Positions 9,489-18,681 of a stretch of 64,000 nucleotides of DNA are shown in pieces. The stretch's first letter is position 1; each line of letters opens with the position of its first letter. Source of the stretch: an uncultured Actinomycetes bacterium (GTDB taxonomy: Bacteria > Actinomycetota > Acidimicrobiia > Spongiisociales > DATADW01); assembly GCA_963780745.1 (NCBI GenBank), contig CAWACT010000010.1, positions 305,318-369,317 on the forward strand, read 5' to 3'. A model generated the notes under the pieces. The model had not been told where the DNA came from, did no database searches, and was given only the letters and a program-made list of their open reading frames with translations. Made by a program: the position numbers and the translations under genes.

Positions 9489-11473
9489 CCGCTACCACCC
9501 GCCCGGTACCAACCACAACCATCTTCCGCCGTCCCAAGGCGAAGACGGGAATGCTCGGCTGGTTGACCACCGTCGACCATAAGCGGATCGGCATCATGTA
9601 CGGGTACACGGCCTTCATCTTCTTCATCGTCGGAGGCGTCGAGGCCTTGTTGCTCAGGGTCCAACTCTCCTCGGCCGACGCCACCTTCCTGACCGCGGAT
9701 CAATACAACGCCATGTTCACCATGCACGGCACCACCATGATCTTCCTCTTCGTCATGCCGGTCGGCGCCGCCTTCTTCAACTACCTACTTCCACTGATGA
9801 TCGGCGCCCGGGACGTGGCGTTCCCACGTCTCAACGCGCTTAGCTATTGGATCTTCCTCTTCGGCGGAATCTTCCTCTATTCGTCGTTCATCTTCGGCAC
9901 CTCACTGGCGCCGACCGGGGGAAATCTCGATCCGATAGATGCCGGCGCCTTGCTGAACGGGAGCCCAAACGGGGGGTGGTTCGGGTATCAGCCAAACGCC
10001 GGCCCCACCTACTCGGTCGGGACCGCTCTGGACTACTGGGCGCTCGGGCTGCAGATCCTCGGGCTCGCATCGCTGATCTCAGCGGTCAACTTCATCACCA
10101 CCATCCTCAACCTGCGAGCCAGGGGGATGCGGCTGCTGAGGATGCCGGTGTTCGTGTGGATGACGATGATCGTGGCCTTCCTGCTGCTCTTCTCGCTCCC
10201 CATCATCGCGGTGGCGCTGTTCATGGTCACCGCCGATCGGCAGTTCGGCACGCTCTTCTTCCAGCCCGCCGGGGGTGGGAGCGCCATGCTCTGGCAGCAC
10301 CTGTTCTGGTTGTTCGGCCATCCCGAGGTCTACATCCTCATCCTCCCCGCGATGGGGATCGTCTCCGAGGTGCTCCCGGTGTTCAGTCGAAAGCCGCTTT
10401 TCGGATATGCCGCCGTGGTCTTCGCCGGCGCCGCCATCGCCTTTCTCGGCTTCGGGGTGTGGGCCCACCACATGTTCTCCTCGGGCATCGGGACCGTGGC
10501 CCAAGCGGCGTTCGGTCTATCGACGATGACCATCGCCATCCCCACGGGCATCAAGATCTTCAACTGGTTGGGGACCATGTGGCTGGGGAGACTCCGCTTG
10601 CAGACACCCATGTTGTTCGCCATCGGATTCGTGGCCATGTTCGTCATAGGCGGATTGTCGGGAGTGACCCATGCGGTCGTGCCCGCCGACTGGCAGCAGA
10701 CCGACACCTACTACGTGGTGGCGCATTTCCACTACGTGCTCTTTGGTGGTGCTGTGTTCGGGATCTTTGCCGGGCTCTATTACTGGTTCCCCAAGTTCGC
10801 CGGTCGGATGTTCTCCGAGCGTCTCGGCAAGCTCCATTTCTGGTTGATGTTCATCGGGTTCAATCTGACGTTCGGCCCGATGCACTGGCTGGGTTTGCAG
10901 GGAATGGTTCGTCGCACCTGGCGTTACCCCGCCGACTACGGGTTCGAGTTCTGGAACCAGGTGGTGACCGCGGGGGCCTTTCTCATCGCCGTCTCGATAG
11001 CGATCTTCATGGTGAACTGGTCGATGTCACGCCGCCGGGGTGCGATCGCCCCGATGGACCCCTGGGATGCCCGCACCTTGGAATGGACCATCCCCTCACC
11101 TCCCCCTGAGTACAACTTCGGCGTGGAGCCGGTCGTCCACTCTCTCGATGACTTCTGGCACCAGAAGTACTCAGAAGGCGAGGACGGCAGACCGGTGAGG
11201 AACGAGGACGCCGACGAGTTGATCGCCCGGTTGGAGAGGGACGGAACCGACCCGCCGCAGCCGATCCACCTACCGGCTTCCTCCTACTTCCCTGTCATCA
11301 TGGCGGCGGGGTTACCGCTGATCGCCTACGGGATCATCTATCACACTCTGCCGTGGGGAATCCCGCTCATCGTCATCGGCGCCATAGTCACTATGGCGGG
11401 GGCCTTCGGGTGGGCGGTCGAGCCCGCCGAGGAGGATGCGCCCCATGACACAGAGCACGCCGGAGCCCATTGA
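9485..11473 (+). CDS. ctaD: Cytochrome c oxidase subunit I (A1 type, with two extra C-terminal helices as in Bacillus CtaD)
   Basis: 662 aa: WLFGHPEVYILILPAMG, HHMF, VAHFHYVLFGG. GTG start overlaps the ctaC stop. Confidence 0.95.
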   Translation: MTATTRPVPTTTIFRRPKAKTGMLGWLTTVDHKRIGIMYGYTAFIFFIVGGVEALLLRVQLSSADATFLTADQYNAMFTMHGTTMIFLFVMPVGAAFFNYLLPLMIGARDVAFPRLNALSYWIFLFGGIFLYSSFIFGTSLAPTGGNLDPIDAGALLNGSPNGGWFGYQPNAGPTYSVGTALDYWALGLQILGLASLISAVNFITTILNLRARGMRLLRMPVFVWMTMIVAFLLLFSLPIIAVALFMVTADRQFGTLFFQPAGGGSAMLWQHLFWLFGHPEVYILILPAMGIVSEVLPVFSRKPLFGYAAVVFAGAAIAFLGFGVWAHHMFSSGIGTVAQAAFGLSTMTIAIPTGIKIFNWLGTMWLGRLRLQTPMLFAIGFVAMFVIGGLSGVTHAVVPADWQQTDTYYVVAHFHYVLFGGAVFGIFAGLYYWFPKFAGRMFSERLGKLHFWLMFIGFNLTFGPMHWLGLQGMVRRTWRYPADYGFEFWNQVVTAGAFLIAVSIAIFMVNWSMSRRRGAIAPMDPWDARTLEWTIPSPPPEYNFGVEPVVHSLDDFWHQKYSEGEDGRPVRNEDADELIARLERDGTDPPQPIHLPASSYFPVIMAAGLPLIAYGIIYHTLPWGIPLIVIGAIVTMAGAFGWAVEPAEEDAPHDTEHAGAH

Positions 11474-12093
11474 TGGCCGAGCTTACCCCGGAGATGACCA
11501 CTGATACGACCGGGGTCGGCCATGCCCACGAGGGGACCGGCGTCGACAACCGCAAGCTGGGGATGTGGGTGTTCCTCTCCTCGGAGTTCCTTTTCTTCGG
11601 GGCGCTCATCACCAATTACCTGTTGTTCAAGAACCGGCCCGGCTTCCCGCCCCCCTACCCCAAAGAGCTCTACGACATCCCCTTCACTTCGGTGAGCTCG
11701 TTCGTGCTGCTGATGAGCTCGCTGACCATGGTGCTTGGTCACAGCGCCCTGGAGCGAGACGACCAACAGGGGGTGCGCACCTGGCTGGCGGCAACCGCGC
11801 TGCTCGGTGCCACGTTCCTCGGCGGGCAGTTCTTCGAGTTCAGCGAGTTCATCGCCGAGGGAATGACCCTTTCGACCAACCCGGCGGCATCGAGCTTCTA
11901 TCTGCTCACCGGGTTCCATGGGATCCACGTCGCAATTGGCGTGCTGATGCTGCTCTCGCTCTTCGGCATCTCGATGCGGTACGAGCGGCTCAGCGAGCAC
12001 CGGGGTCTCAACGTGGAGCTCGTCGGGCTGTATTGGCACTTCGTCGACATCATCTGGATCGTCATCTTCACCCTCGTCTACCTGATCCCGTGA
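11473..12093 (+). CDS. ctaE: Cytochrome c oxidase subunit III
   Basis: MWVFLSSEFLFFGALI...GFHGIHVAIG...YWHFVDIIWIVIF. ATG 11473 overlaps the ctaD stop (TTG 11470 is the alternative start). Confidence 0.9.
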   Translation: MAELTPEMTTDTTGVGHAHEGTGVDNRKLGMWVFLSSEFLFFGALITNYLLFKNRPGFPPPYPKELYDIPFTSVSSFVLLMSSLTMVLGHSALERDDQQGVRTWLAATALLGATFLGGQFFEFSEFIAEGMTLSTNPAASSFYLLTGFHGIHVAIGVLMLLSLFGISMRYERLSEHRGLNVELVGLYWHFVDIIWIVIFTLVYLIP

Positions 12094-12100
12094 GAGCCGA

Positions 12101-12415
12101 ATGACTGATTCAGACACCAGAGCCCACACCTACCCCACCCCGAAGCTGTACGTCCGGATCGCCATCCTGCTGGCGATCATGACCGCGGTCGAAGTGGGGC
12201 TGTATTACCTGGAGCCGGTCGTCGGAGGGCTGGTCATCCCCTTCCTGCTGGTCCTCTCTGCGCTGAAGTTCCTCATCGTGATCGGGTACTACATGCACCT
12301 CCGCTTCGAGCCCGCCACCCTGAGCCGATTCTTCGCCTTCGGCTTCGTGCTGGCGATCAGCCTGTACGCCGTGGTGCTCGCCGCATTCGGCATCCTGGCG
12401 GTGGCGATCGGGTGA
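12101..12415 (+). CDS. ctaF: Cytochrome c oxidase subunit IV (Bacillus CtaF-like)
   Basis: 104 aa protein with three TM helices directly after ctaE. Call rests on position and size. Confidence 0.75.
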   Translation: MTDSDTRAHTYPTPKLYVRIAILLAIMTAVEVGLYYLEPVVGGLVIPFLLVLSALKFLIVIGYYMHLRFEPATLSRFFAFGFVLAISLYAVVLAAFGILAVAIG

Positions 12416-13233
12416 CACCGCTGCCCGCCTTCGCCGCGCACCCCGACGTTTGGCTGGTGCTCGGCGGTGTGGTGGGGATCTACCTCTATGCGGTGATCAG
12501 GATCGGGCCGCTGATGGTGGAGAGCGGGGCCAAACCCGCCACCGCCCGACAGATCGGGTCATTCCTCGCCGGGATGGGTGTCCTCTGGCTGGTGTCCGAC
12601 TGGCCGGTCCACGACATCGCCGAGCAGTCGCTCTACTCGGTCCATATGGCGCAGCATATGGCCATCACGCTCATCGCTCCCCCGCTGCTTCTGGTCGGCA
12701 CCCCCCGCTGGCTGGCTGAGTTGCTGATCCCGTCTCGCATCCGGCCGGCGGTCCGCGCCGTCTGTGCCCCTGTCCCGGCACTGCTCATATCGATCGCAGT
12801 TCTCGTTTTCACCCACTGGCCGGCGGTGGTCACCCTCGCCGTGACCTCGGGCCCGGCACACTTTGCGTTGCATTCCCTGGCGTTCGTCGCAGCGATCGTG
12901 ATGTGGATGCCGATCCTCAGCCCGACCCCCGTGATCCCGAGGGCCCGGCCACTGGTGCAGATCGGCTACCTGTTCGCCCAGTCCGTCATCCCGACGATCC
13001 CTGCCTCGTTCCTCACCTTCGGACACGAGCCGCTCTACCGGGTATATGGAGACGCCGCCGAGATCTGGGGAATCTCGGCAGTAACCGACCAGACGATGGC
13101 CGGCTTGCTCATGAAGATCGGCGGCGGGCTCATCCTGTGGGGCTGGATCGCTGTCATCTGGTTCCGCTGGTATCGGGAGGAGCAGACCTGGGAGAGCCTG
13201 GAGCGGGAGCTGCGGCGCCCCACGGTCTCCTGA
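12412..13233 (+). CDS. ctaG: Cytochrome c oxidase assembly factor CtaG (caa3/Bacillus type)
   Basis: 273 aa polytopic protein, SLYSVHMAQHMAITLIAPPLLLVGTP motif. GTG overlaps the ctaF stop. Confidence 0.8.
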   Translation: MTPLPAFAAHPDVWLVLGGVVGIYLYAVIRIGPLMVESGAKPATARQIGSFLAGMGVLWLVSDWPVHDIAEQSLYSVHMAQHMAITLIAPPLLLVGTPRWLAELLIPSRIRPAVRAVCAPVPALLISIAVLVFTHWPAVVTLAVTSGPAHFALHSLAFVAAIVMWMPILSPTPVIPRARPLVQIGYLFAQSVIPTIPASFLTFGHEPLYRVYGDAAEIWGISAVTDQTMAGLLMKIGGGLILWGWIAVIWFRWYREEQTWESLERELRRPTVS

Positions 13234-13235
13234 GC

Positions 13236-13544
13236 TTGGTGGCCCGGCTCGCTGCCGGCGCGGCGTTGACGATCGTCGTGGCCTGCTCGGCCCAGACAAC
13301 AGTGGTGGGCCGAGTGATCGAGGTCGATGGCGACCTCAGCGCTGTCGAGTCGTTCACCATCATCACCGAGGACGGTGAGACCCTGACCTTCGAGCCGGAC
13401 CCGTTCGGCCGCTATCCGTTCCCGTTGCCGCACATACGAGAGCACCTGCTGAGCGGGGAGCAGCTTCGGGTCGACTACCGCCCGGCCGAAGATGGCACGC
13501 TGTTGGCCGTGGCCCTAGACGACGCCGACGATGCCCACGGCTGA
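13236..13544 (+). CDS. Small lipoprotein, function unknown
   Basis: TTG/GTG start 3 nt after ctaG. LVARLAAGAALTIVVACSAQ lipobox, then a ~80 aa soluble domain. Confidence 0.5.
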   Translation: MVARLAAGAALTIVVACSAQTTVVGRVIEVDGDLSAVESFTIITEDGETLTFEPDPFGRYPFPLPHIREHLLSGEQLRVDYRPAEDGTLLAVALDDADDAHG

Positions 13545-14702
13545 CGCCTCTGCCGGCTCCTCGCCACCTTCCTCACCACCGCCGAGTGCGCCGGCCACGA
13601 CGACGATGAGCACCACAACCGCCAAGATCCCGGCAGCGGCGGCCAGCAACTCGCCGAGCGAGAGCCGGCTGTTGGGGCGGGAGGCGGTGAGCCCGGCGAA
13701 GGCGAGGATCCCGCCGGATATGACGATGGCGAGAAGGGGAGCGGCAACGTGGTAGGCGAGGAAGAGGCTCCCCAGCGAGACCACCACCAAGGCGAGCACG
13801 GCGAAGGCGGCAAGGGGGACACCGACCCCGGTGGAGAGGCGGCGGCGAACCGCACTTGACTCGTCGGCGGAGGCCGCGTCGAGCCCCACCGGAACGGCGA
13901 GCACCTGGACGACCGCAGCAGTGATCATCCCCAGCACAGCACCACCAAAAAGCACCAGCAACAGACCCGAACGCACCCCGATCTGGATCACCGTCTCGTC
14001 GGCCTCCGATGGCTGTCCTGCCAGGTTGAGCAGCAGGGCGGCGCCAACGACGCCGACCAACAACCCGGTGATTGCGCCGACGAGAGCAGCTACTCCGGAC
14101 CGCCCCTCGATCCGCATCTCCGGACGGAACCACGCCGGGACGATCCGCACCGCCACCCCCACCAGTGCGCCGAACAGCAGCGAGACGACAGCGCCGACCA
14201 CCACCACGGGAAGCGCGGTGACCTCGATGGCGGGGCGGAATGCGCCGGGCTCACCGACCAACGTGACCCGGTCGACCACGAGCGGCGTCACCGCCACCGC
14301 GGCGACAATCCCCAGCGCAGCACCTGCAAAACCGCCGACACCCGCGGCCCAGCGCAGCCGCTCCGACACGGAGGCTGCCTCCAAGTCCTCGTCCTCGACG
14401 ATCGCCGCTGCGCGCCCGGGCTCGGGTACAAGTGCCGGAAGGGGGGTAACCGACGGTGCAGATGGAGTCGCCTCGGGCGCCGATGGGGCAGCCTGCTCGG
14501 GTGGAGCCGCTGGCTCTGGCTCGGGCGCTGAGGCGGCGGCGGCGGTGTCTGGAGCCGGGGCCACCGACCCGCCCCCCGCCCATGCCATCAACACCTCGTC
14601 GACGGTGGTTCCCGAGGCTTGCGCCCGGGCGGCTGCCGAGCGCTGGACGATCGCCTCGGGCGCATTGAGCGCTCTCGCCACCGCCTCGAGGTACTCGCTC
14701 AT
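13515..14702 (-). CDS. Polytopic membrane protein, function unknown
   Basis: ATG 14702 (MSEYLEAVARALNAPEAIV...), Ala/Pro-rich linker, then 8 or more hydrophobic helices. The upstream extension of track ORF 13515..14957 has no support. Confidence 0.6.
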   Translation of the reverse strand: MSEYLEAVARALNAPEAIVQRSAAARAQASGTTVDEVLMAWAGGGSVAPAPDTAAAASAPEPEPAAPPEQAAPSAPEATPSAPSVTPLPALVPEPGRAAAIVEDEDLEAASVSERLRWAAGVGGFAGAALGIVAAVAVTPLVVDRVTLVGEPGAFRPAIEVTALPVVVVGAVVSLLFGALVGVAVRIVPAWFRPEMRIEGRSGVAALVGAITGLLVGVVGAALLLNLAGQPSEADETVIQIGVRSGLLLVLFGGAVLGMITAAVVQVLAVPVGLDAASADESSAVRRRLSTGVGVPLAAFAVLALVVVSLGSLFLAYHVAAPLLAIVISGGILAFAGLTASRPNSRLSLGELLAAAAGILAVVVLIVVVAGALGGGEEGGEEPAEASAVGIVGVV

Positions 14703-14787
14703 CGCCGGGGAGCATAGCCAGGGGGTCGGTGCGTGCCCTTGGCAGGGGCGGCCACACTCTCCTCGCCGAGCGGCCATAATTGGGCCG

Positions 14788-15591
14788 ATGGAACAGCGCA
14801 GCGCAGCCCGCAACGAAGAGGCCCCGAAGGCGAGCGGGCGGGTCGAGGAGAGACTCCACCGGCTCAGCGCCGAGAGCGCCCAGCGGGTATTGGAGCGCGC
14901 CATCGCCGAGCACGCACCGGATGACCCCGGACTCACCCGGTCGGACCTGCTCCGCATCGCTCAGGAGTTGGACATCGATCCGGCCGTGGTTGAGCGTGCG
15001 CTCGCCGAAGAGTTGTCAACCAGCCCGGAGCCTGAGCGGGTGGGGTTGCTCGCTCGGATCACGGGCCTCGGGCATTTGCACCAGCGCCGCATGAGCGACC
15101 GCCCGGTGCCTTGGCTCGAGCGCGCCGCGGTGTCCTGGCTGGCCGGAGAGGAGGGTCTGCGTCTGCAGCGCCGCACCGGCCAAGGCGGAGTTTGGATCGC
15201 CGACGGACGTCTGACGGCCCGGGTTCGGCTCGGGCTGCGGCTCACTCGGGGGACGCGGACGTTGCGATCCGCCGACCGGGTGCTGGTCGAGGTCCGAGCG
15301 CTCGGAGGCGGGCAGAGCTTGGTTGACATCCGAGCGGACGCTTCGAACCTGCTCGGGCGGGGCCGCACGGTCGTCCTGGCTGGGACCGCGGCCGGTTTTG
15401 TGCTCTTCCTCGTCGGAGCGATGTCCGGGGCGATCGGCGACGGCGCCGGCGCCGGGATCCTGGTGGCGCTGCTGTCGTGGACGGCCACGGTGGTGGCTTT
15501 GCGGGGGTGGGGTCGCCGGCTGCGCGCCGCATTGACGACGGCGGTCGAGGTGATCAGCTCGTCCGCCGCCCATCCCTGGAGCCGGTCCTAA
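14788..15591 (+). CDS. Hypothetical protein with C-terminal membrane anchor helices
   Basis: ATG 14788 (MEQRSAARNEEAPK...). The 5' 950 nt of track ORF 13831..15591 are antisense to the preceding gene. Confidence 0.5.
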   Translation: MEQRSAARNEEAPKASGRVEERLHRLSAESAQRVLERAIAEHAPDDPGLTRSDLLRIAQELDIDPAVVERALAEELSTSPEPERVGLLARITGLGHLHQRRMSDRPVPWLERAAVSWLAGEEGLRLQRRTGQGGVWIADGRLTARVRLGLRLTRGTRTLRSADRVLVEVRALGGGQSLVDIRADASNLLGRGRTVVLAGTAAGFVLFLVGAMSGAIGDGAGAGILVALLSWTATVVALRGWGRRLRAALTTAVEVISSSAAHPWSRS

Positions 15592-15620
15592 CCTGGGAGC
15601 AGAGCGGAGAGGAGAACTCC

Positions 15621-15701
15621 ATGAAGAAGGCCTTGCTTATCCTCAGCATCCTCGGTGTGATCGCACTGATTGCTTGGAAGATGATGGAGGAGACCGAGTA
15701 G
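15621..15701 (+). CDS. 26-aa hydrophobic small protein
   Basis: MKKALLILSILGVIALIAWKMMEETE, preceded by a strong SD GGAGAGGAG. A single TM helix with charged ends, and codons that are AT-richer than the surroundings. Confidence 0.45.
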   Translation: MKKALLILSILGVIALIAWKMMEETE

Positions 15702-15712
15702 CGGCCTCGCCG

Positions 15713-16657
15713 TCACCCGACCTGGTCCACCACTACCCGTAGATCGGGCCGATCCCTGAGGAAGAGGTTGATCGACCTGGCGATTTCCTCATGGTGTGTC
15801 AGCGGCGCCTCGTGGCGAGCATCGAGCTCGACCACCTTGGCCTCGGGGATCAGCGCAGCTAGCCGGTACTGAGCGGCGACCGGCACTAGTTGGTCGTGGG
15901 CGGTGATGATCACCAAAGCTGGTTGGTCAAGTCGGCCGATCCAGCGGGTGCTGTCAAAGGAGAGCGCGGCGAACCCGGACAGCCAATAGAGGTCGGGGTC
16001 GCGACTCATCTGGTGCGCCCACATCCAGCGCTGGTGTCTGGGCTGCAACGCTCCCACCCGGCCCAGGTAGTGATACCGGATCCGCGACAACTCCACCCGG
16101 CTCACCCGGTCGAGGGCCCGCCCGAGGAGAAAGAGGGCTCGTGCCCCCCAGCGCTCTCGTGCCCCCGGGGCGGGTTGGGCGGCGGTCCCGCCCAGAATCA
16201 ACTTGACCACCATGTGCGGATGACGGTGGGCCAGTTCCTGGGCGACCATCCCGCCGAGGCTGTAGCCGGCGACCACTGCGCTGTCGACGCCGAGCGCATC
16301 CATCACCTGAGCTACCTCGTCGGCCAGTCGGGACACGTCGAACCGCTCCCGAACCAATTCGGAGTGCCCTGAATTGCGGTTGTCGAGAGCGATGATCCGG
16401 TGTTTTTGGTCGAGCGAAGGGATGATCCGCTGCCACACCACCGCCGAGTGATCGCCCCAGCCGTGGATCAGCACCAGCGGCTGACCGTCAGGGTCGCCCG
16501 TCTCGCGAAAGAACATCTCCTGATCGCCGATGAAGACCGACCTGCCGGGGAGCCGCATCGGCGCCTCTTGGGGGCCATCGAACGTCGGCGGGACCTCCGG
16601 ACCGAACAGCCGCCATATCAACCAGGCGCCGAGCAGCCGCCGCAGCCAACGCAGCAT
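15713..16657 (-). CDS. Alpha/beta-fold hydrolase
   Basis: LVLIHGWGDH oxyanion region and GYSLGG nucleophile elbow. Confidence 0.8.
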   Translation of the reverse strand: MLRWLRRLLGAWLIWRLFGPEVPPTFDGPQEAPMRLPGRSVFIGDQEMFFRETGDPDGQPLVLIHGWGDHSAVVWQRIIPSLDQKHRIIALDNRNSGHSELVRERFDVSRLADEVAQVMDALGVDSAVVAGYSLGGMVAQELAHRHPHMVVKLILGGTAAQPAPGARERWGARALFLLGRALDRVSRVELSRIRYHYLGRVGALQPRHQRWMWAHQMSRDPDLYWLSGFAALSFDSTRWIGRLDQPALVIITAHDQLVPVAAQYRLAALIPEAKVVELDARHEAPLTHHEEIARSINLFLRDRPDLRVVVDQVG

Positions 16658-17097
16658 CAGACACCTCGCAGCTGATCTATGGCAAACACATGGTCGGCCA
16701 CCGGCCGACCTCCCACCAGGTGCTCGTCGATGATCCGGTCGATGACCTCTTCTGTGACGGAGTGGTACCAGATACCGTCGGGGTATACCACGGCGATTGG
16801 CCCCTGCTCGCAGATCCTCAGGCAGTCGGCCTTGGTGCGGAGCACCACACCCGACCCCGGTTGCGCCACCGGATCGGCATCCATGTCACCCTTCCAGGCG
16901 GGTGGAGCGCTTGCCAGCCCGAGCGCCTTGAGCCGGGACTTCAGGTGCTTCCACACCCGGCCCGATTCGTCATATCCGGAACATCGTGGGTTGGACTGCT
17001 CGGCGCAGATGAAAAGGTGACGCTGAAGTCCCCCGATGGAGAGCGCCTGTGCGATGGTTTGCAGCCGCTGGTCGAGGTCCGGTGAGCGGTCAGCCAC
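16657..17097 (-). CDS. Thioredoxin-like [2Fe-2S] ferredoxin domain protein
   Basis: [15 protein letters not shown] ... [20 protein letters not shown] cysteine pattern. Start uncertain (GTG 17097 proposed); the longer track ORF runs into the tandem repeat. Confidence 0.65.
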   Translation of the reverse strand: MADRSPDLDQRLQTIAQALSIGGLQRHLFICAEQSNPRCSGYDESGRVWKHLKSRLKALGLASAPPAWKGDMDADPVAQPGSGVVLRTKADCLRICEQGPIAVVYPDGIWYHSVTEEVIDRIIDEHLVGGRPVADHVFAIDQLRGV

Positions 17098-17116
17098 GGC
17101 CAGGACGGTAGTTATA

Positions 17117-17538
17117 TGCAGGAGGGGGGCAGGCCCCTCCTGAGCCACCCCCCTCGCGACCGGAGTCGCCAGCGATTGTCGGGCCGGCAAAGCCGGCCCT
17201 CGGGCGAGCTAGGCACCGTCGCCGTCGGTCACCCACGCGGCCGCCGGGATGCCCACTCTGGCAGCAGTCTGCCGTCCGGCTTCTCCGTTCCGTCTTCCGT
17301 CCTCCGTCTTCCGTCTGACTGCGTGCAGGAGGGGGGCAGGCCCCCCTCCTGAGCCACCCCCCTTCGCGACCGGAGTCGCCAGCGATTGTCGGGCCGGCAA
17401 AGCCGGCCCTCGGGCGAGCTCAGGCACCGTCGCCGTCGGTCACCCACGTGGCCGCCAGGATGCGCCCACTCTGGCAGCAGTCTGCCGTCCGGCTTCTCCG
17501 TTCCGTCTTCCGTCTTCCGTCTTCCGACTTCCGTCTAA
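17117..17538. repeat. Tandem duplication of a ~207-215 bp structured intergenic unit, each copy ending in a CGTCTTC heptamer array
   Basis: Copy 1 (17117-17323) and copy 2 (17324-17538) align with only a few mismatches or indels. Each contains AGGAGGGG..CCCCTCCT, GCGAC-CGGA-GTCGC, GGGCCGGC-AAA-GCCGGCCC and GGCAG-CAGT-CTGCC hairpins, followed by 4-6 heptamers. Confidence 0.9.
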
Positions 17539-17547
17539 CTCTGGGTT

Positions 17548-18591
17548 TCACACCAGGGAGATCCGCCCGGGCACACCGCCGGTCACCTCGCCGACTAGAG
17601 CGGCCGCCGGAGTTCCCGCGGCGACCAGGTCGGTGATCACGGCGTCGACCCGGGAGGGATCGACCGCCGCCAACAACCCGCCGCTCGTCTGGGCATCGGC
17701 CAGCAGCATCCGATCCGCCTCCGTCGCCGATCCGAAGTCGGTGAAGCGGGATGCGCTTTCCAGGTTGCGCCGACTCCCACCTGCGTAGACCCCGGAGGCG
17801 ATCATCCGCCTGGCGCCGGGGAGCTCGGGGACCGATTCCCTCCGCACCACGGCGGCGGTGCCGCTGGCGCGCATCATCGACCCCAGGTGGCCGAGCAGCC
17901 CGAACCCGGTCACGTCGGTTGCCGCCTTCACCTGGTGCGCCCCGAGCACGTCGGCAGCTGTGGCGTTGAGCGTTGCCATGACCTCGGTGGCCGCCGCCAC
18001 CTCGCCTGCCGAGGCCTCAGCCCGCTTCACCCCGGTGGCCACCACACCCGATCCAAGCGGCTTGGTGAGGACCAGTTGGTCTCCCGGACGGGCAGCGCGG
18101 TTGGTCATGAGCCGGTCCTCGTCGACCACGCCGGTCACCGCCAGCCCGTATTTCGGTTCGGGGTCGTCGATGGAATGCCCGCCGGCTATGACGCAGCCAG
18201 CCAGCCCGCAGACCGCGGCGCCGCCCTCCAGCACCTCCCTCAAGAGGTCGAAGGGCAAATCGCCCCGCGGCCAGGCCACGATCTGCAGGGCGCTCACCGG
18301 CCGACCGCCCATGGCGTAGACATCGGAGAGGGCGTTGGCGGCGGCGATGCGGCCCCAGTCGTAGGCGTCATCGACGATCGGGGTGAAGAAGTCGACCGTC
18401 TGCACCAACAGCTGCCCGTCGAGACGGAAGACAGCGGCGTCGTCCCCCGTCTCGATCCCCACCACGAGATCGGGGTGACGTGCAGCCGGATGGCTCCTCA
18501 GCCGGGAAAGCGCCTCATTGAGGTCTTCGGGACCGAGCTTGCAAGCGCAACCGGCGCCGTGCGAATAGGAGGTGAGCTTCACCGCCGCCAT
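17548..18591 (-). CDS. selD: Selenide, water dikinase (selenophosphate synthetase), Cys-type
   Basis: ATG 18591: MAAVKLTSYSHGAGCACKLGP...GIETGDDAAVF...DFFTPIVDD...GGHSIDD. The longer track ORF (to 19311) is unsupported upstream read-through. Confidence 0.92.
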   Translation of the reverse strand: MAAVKLTSYSHGAGCACKLGPEDLNEALSRLRSHPAARHPDLVVGIETGDDAAVFRLDGQLLVQTVDFFTPIVDDAYDWGRIAAANALSDVYAMGGRPVSALQIVAWPRGDLPFDLLREVLEGGAAVCGLAGCVIAGGHSIDDPEPKYGLAVTGVVDEDRLMTNRAARPGDQLVLTKPLGSGVVATGVKRAEASAGEVAAATEVMATLNATAADVLGAHQVKAATDVTGFGLLGHLGSMMRASGTAAVVRRESVPELPGARRMIASGVYAGGSRRNLESASRFTDFGSATEADRMLLADAQTSGGLLAAVDPSRVDAVITDLVAAGTPAAALVGEVTGGVPGRISLV

Positions 18592-18681
18592 TCCATGAGA
18601 CGGTAGCCCCGGGGGAACTCCAGCCCGGCTGGTCCTTGCCCGACGCGCAACTACTCTTGTCCGCTCACCGAGGCGAACAAC

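Noticed and set aside
13831-14787. 5' two-thirds of the 586-aa ORF 13831..15591
   Set aside because: It is antisense to the membrane-protein gene 13515..14702 and Ser/Thr/Ala/Pro-rich. The credible gene starts at ATG 14788.
17116-17788. ORFs on both strands running through the tandem repeat (e.g. 17249..17788, 17209..17427, 17229..17447)
   Set aside because: Their repeated peptide segments simply mirror the duplicated DNA unit and the heptamers. They have no start context and no family resemblance.
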